DNA of 64,000 nt from Deltaproteobacteria bacterium (GTDB taxonomy: Bacteria > Myxococcota_A > Polyangia > Polyangiales > Houyiibacteriaceae), in the NCBI GenBank assembly GCA_034670305.1, contig JAXMNT010000014.1, positions 1-64,000 of the forward strand, read 5' to 3'. This document shows, piece by piece, positions 63,343-64,000 of this stretch. The notes under the pieces are model-generated. The model worked only from the letters and a program-made list of their open reading frames with translations, was not told the DNA's origin and did no database searches. Both the position numbers and the translations under genes were made by a program. Every line of letters starts with the position of its first letter. Within the stretch, counting starts at the first letter, position 1.

Positions 63343-63390
63343 ACAACTTTTCCTTGTCGGTTTGACAAGAAAGTATCGTTTTTCTTAGTC
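63343..63390. promoter_or_regulatory. AT-rich divergent promoter/operator region
   Basis: GACAA-N7-TTGTC and overlapping TTGTC-N5-GACAA dyads; perfect TTGACA at 63362. Confidence 0.5.
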
Positions 63391-63415
63391 GCGCACCACC
63401 TCTAGGTTGATTCTC

Positions 63416-64000
63416 GTGGAAGCAGCCCCCTCCAGCGACCCGAACGTGTCCCGCCCCAAGCGGACGACCGGCTCGGTCGCTGCGCGTCCGAAGCCATCGG
63501 CCCTGCGCCGAATCGTCTCCGTCGGGCTCTCCCTCTGCGTCGCCCTTTGGGTCTCCGAGCAGGTCGCCGCGTCGGTGCGGGGCCACGCGTTCCCGTACCT
63601 GAACGCCTTCGAAGCCGACGCCCGCTACGGGGTGCGCTTGTCCGCGAATGCGCGGACCGCGGTCCGCAGCTTCGAAGGTCGGGTCACGTCGATCGAACTG
63701 AACGAACACGGCTTCCGTGGGCCGAGTTGGAACCTGGAGTCACCGACCGACGGCGGTCGGCGGGTGCTGCTGCTCGGGGACTCCCAGGTGTTCGGGTACA
63801 ACGTCTCGTACGCGGACTCGATGGCCGCGCGGCTCGCCGACGCACCCGAGGCCAGCACCATCTTCAACGCGGCGGTCCCGAGCTTCGGCCCGACCGAGTA
63901 CGTGCTGGCCGCCGAAGAATGGGTGCCGCGGCTTCGCCCGACCCACGTGGTGTTCGTCGCGAACGTGGCCAACGACTGGTTCGAGTGCGAGGTGCCGAAC
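63416..64000 (+). CDS. SGNH/GDSL hydrolase-like protein (3' truncated by the window)
   Basis: Open frame to the window end: TM helix, NEHGFRG, VLLLGDSQVFG, NAAVPSFGP and NVANDW. Confidence 0.85.
   Translation, partial: MEAAPSSDPNVSRPKRTTGSVAARPKPSALRRIVSVGLSLCVALWVSEQVAASVRGHAFPYLNAFEADARYGVRLSANARTAVRSFEGRVTSIELNEHGFRGPSWNLESPTDGGRRVLLLGDSQVFGYNVSYADSMAARLADAPEASTIFNAAVPSFGPTEYVLAAEEWVPRLRPTHVVFVANVANDWFECEVPN

Overview
High-GC bacterial DNA whose gene content points to Myxococcota, probably Polyangia/Sandaracinaceae-like (inference from a TIGR02266-type PilZ protein, a PEGA-bearing Ser/Thr kinase with a TPR neighbour, and a MopE-like Cys/Asp-rich repeat protein). I see no rRNA, tRNA or CRISPR array. 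Main contents: (1) a tightly coupled 8-gene minus-strand operon (15153->1861) encoding a membrane-only cation:proton antiporter, TrkA, TrkH, a ~1650-aa antiporter/helical/P-loop fusion, MscS, a D-cysteine desulfhydrase-like enzyme, MenA and a hypothetical protein. (2) A complete reductive pyrimidine catabolic pathway (mmsA, beta-ureidopropionase, hydA, class-III aminotransferase, preT, preA, NCS2 permease) broken up by inserted genes and repeat tracts, with an AckA-PduL fusion nearby. (3) An ECF sigma factor and a cytochrome c lipoprotein transcribed divergently from twin GTAAC-N17-CTCT motifs, each 7 nt before its ATG. (4) A recurring family of intergenic elements built from (CCTTGC)n...(GGCAAG)n hexamer arms. 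One carries a decayed four-helix-bundle gene inside imperfect terminal inverted repeats and has an internally deleted sibling 700 bp away. One encloses an IS481-like end, one abuts an IS110-like end, and three more are compound (GCTTCS)n-(GGGCAA)n tracts. The best candidates for undescribed systems are this hexamer-armed element family and the antiporter-P-loop/MscS/Trk module. Family assignments come from motif recognition by eye, not database searches, and many start codons were re-called downstream of the ORF-track starts.
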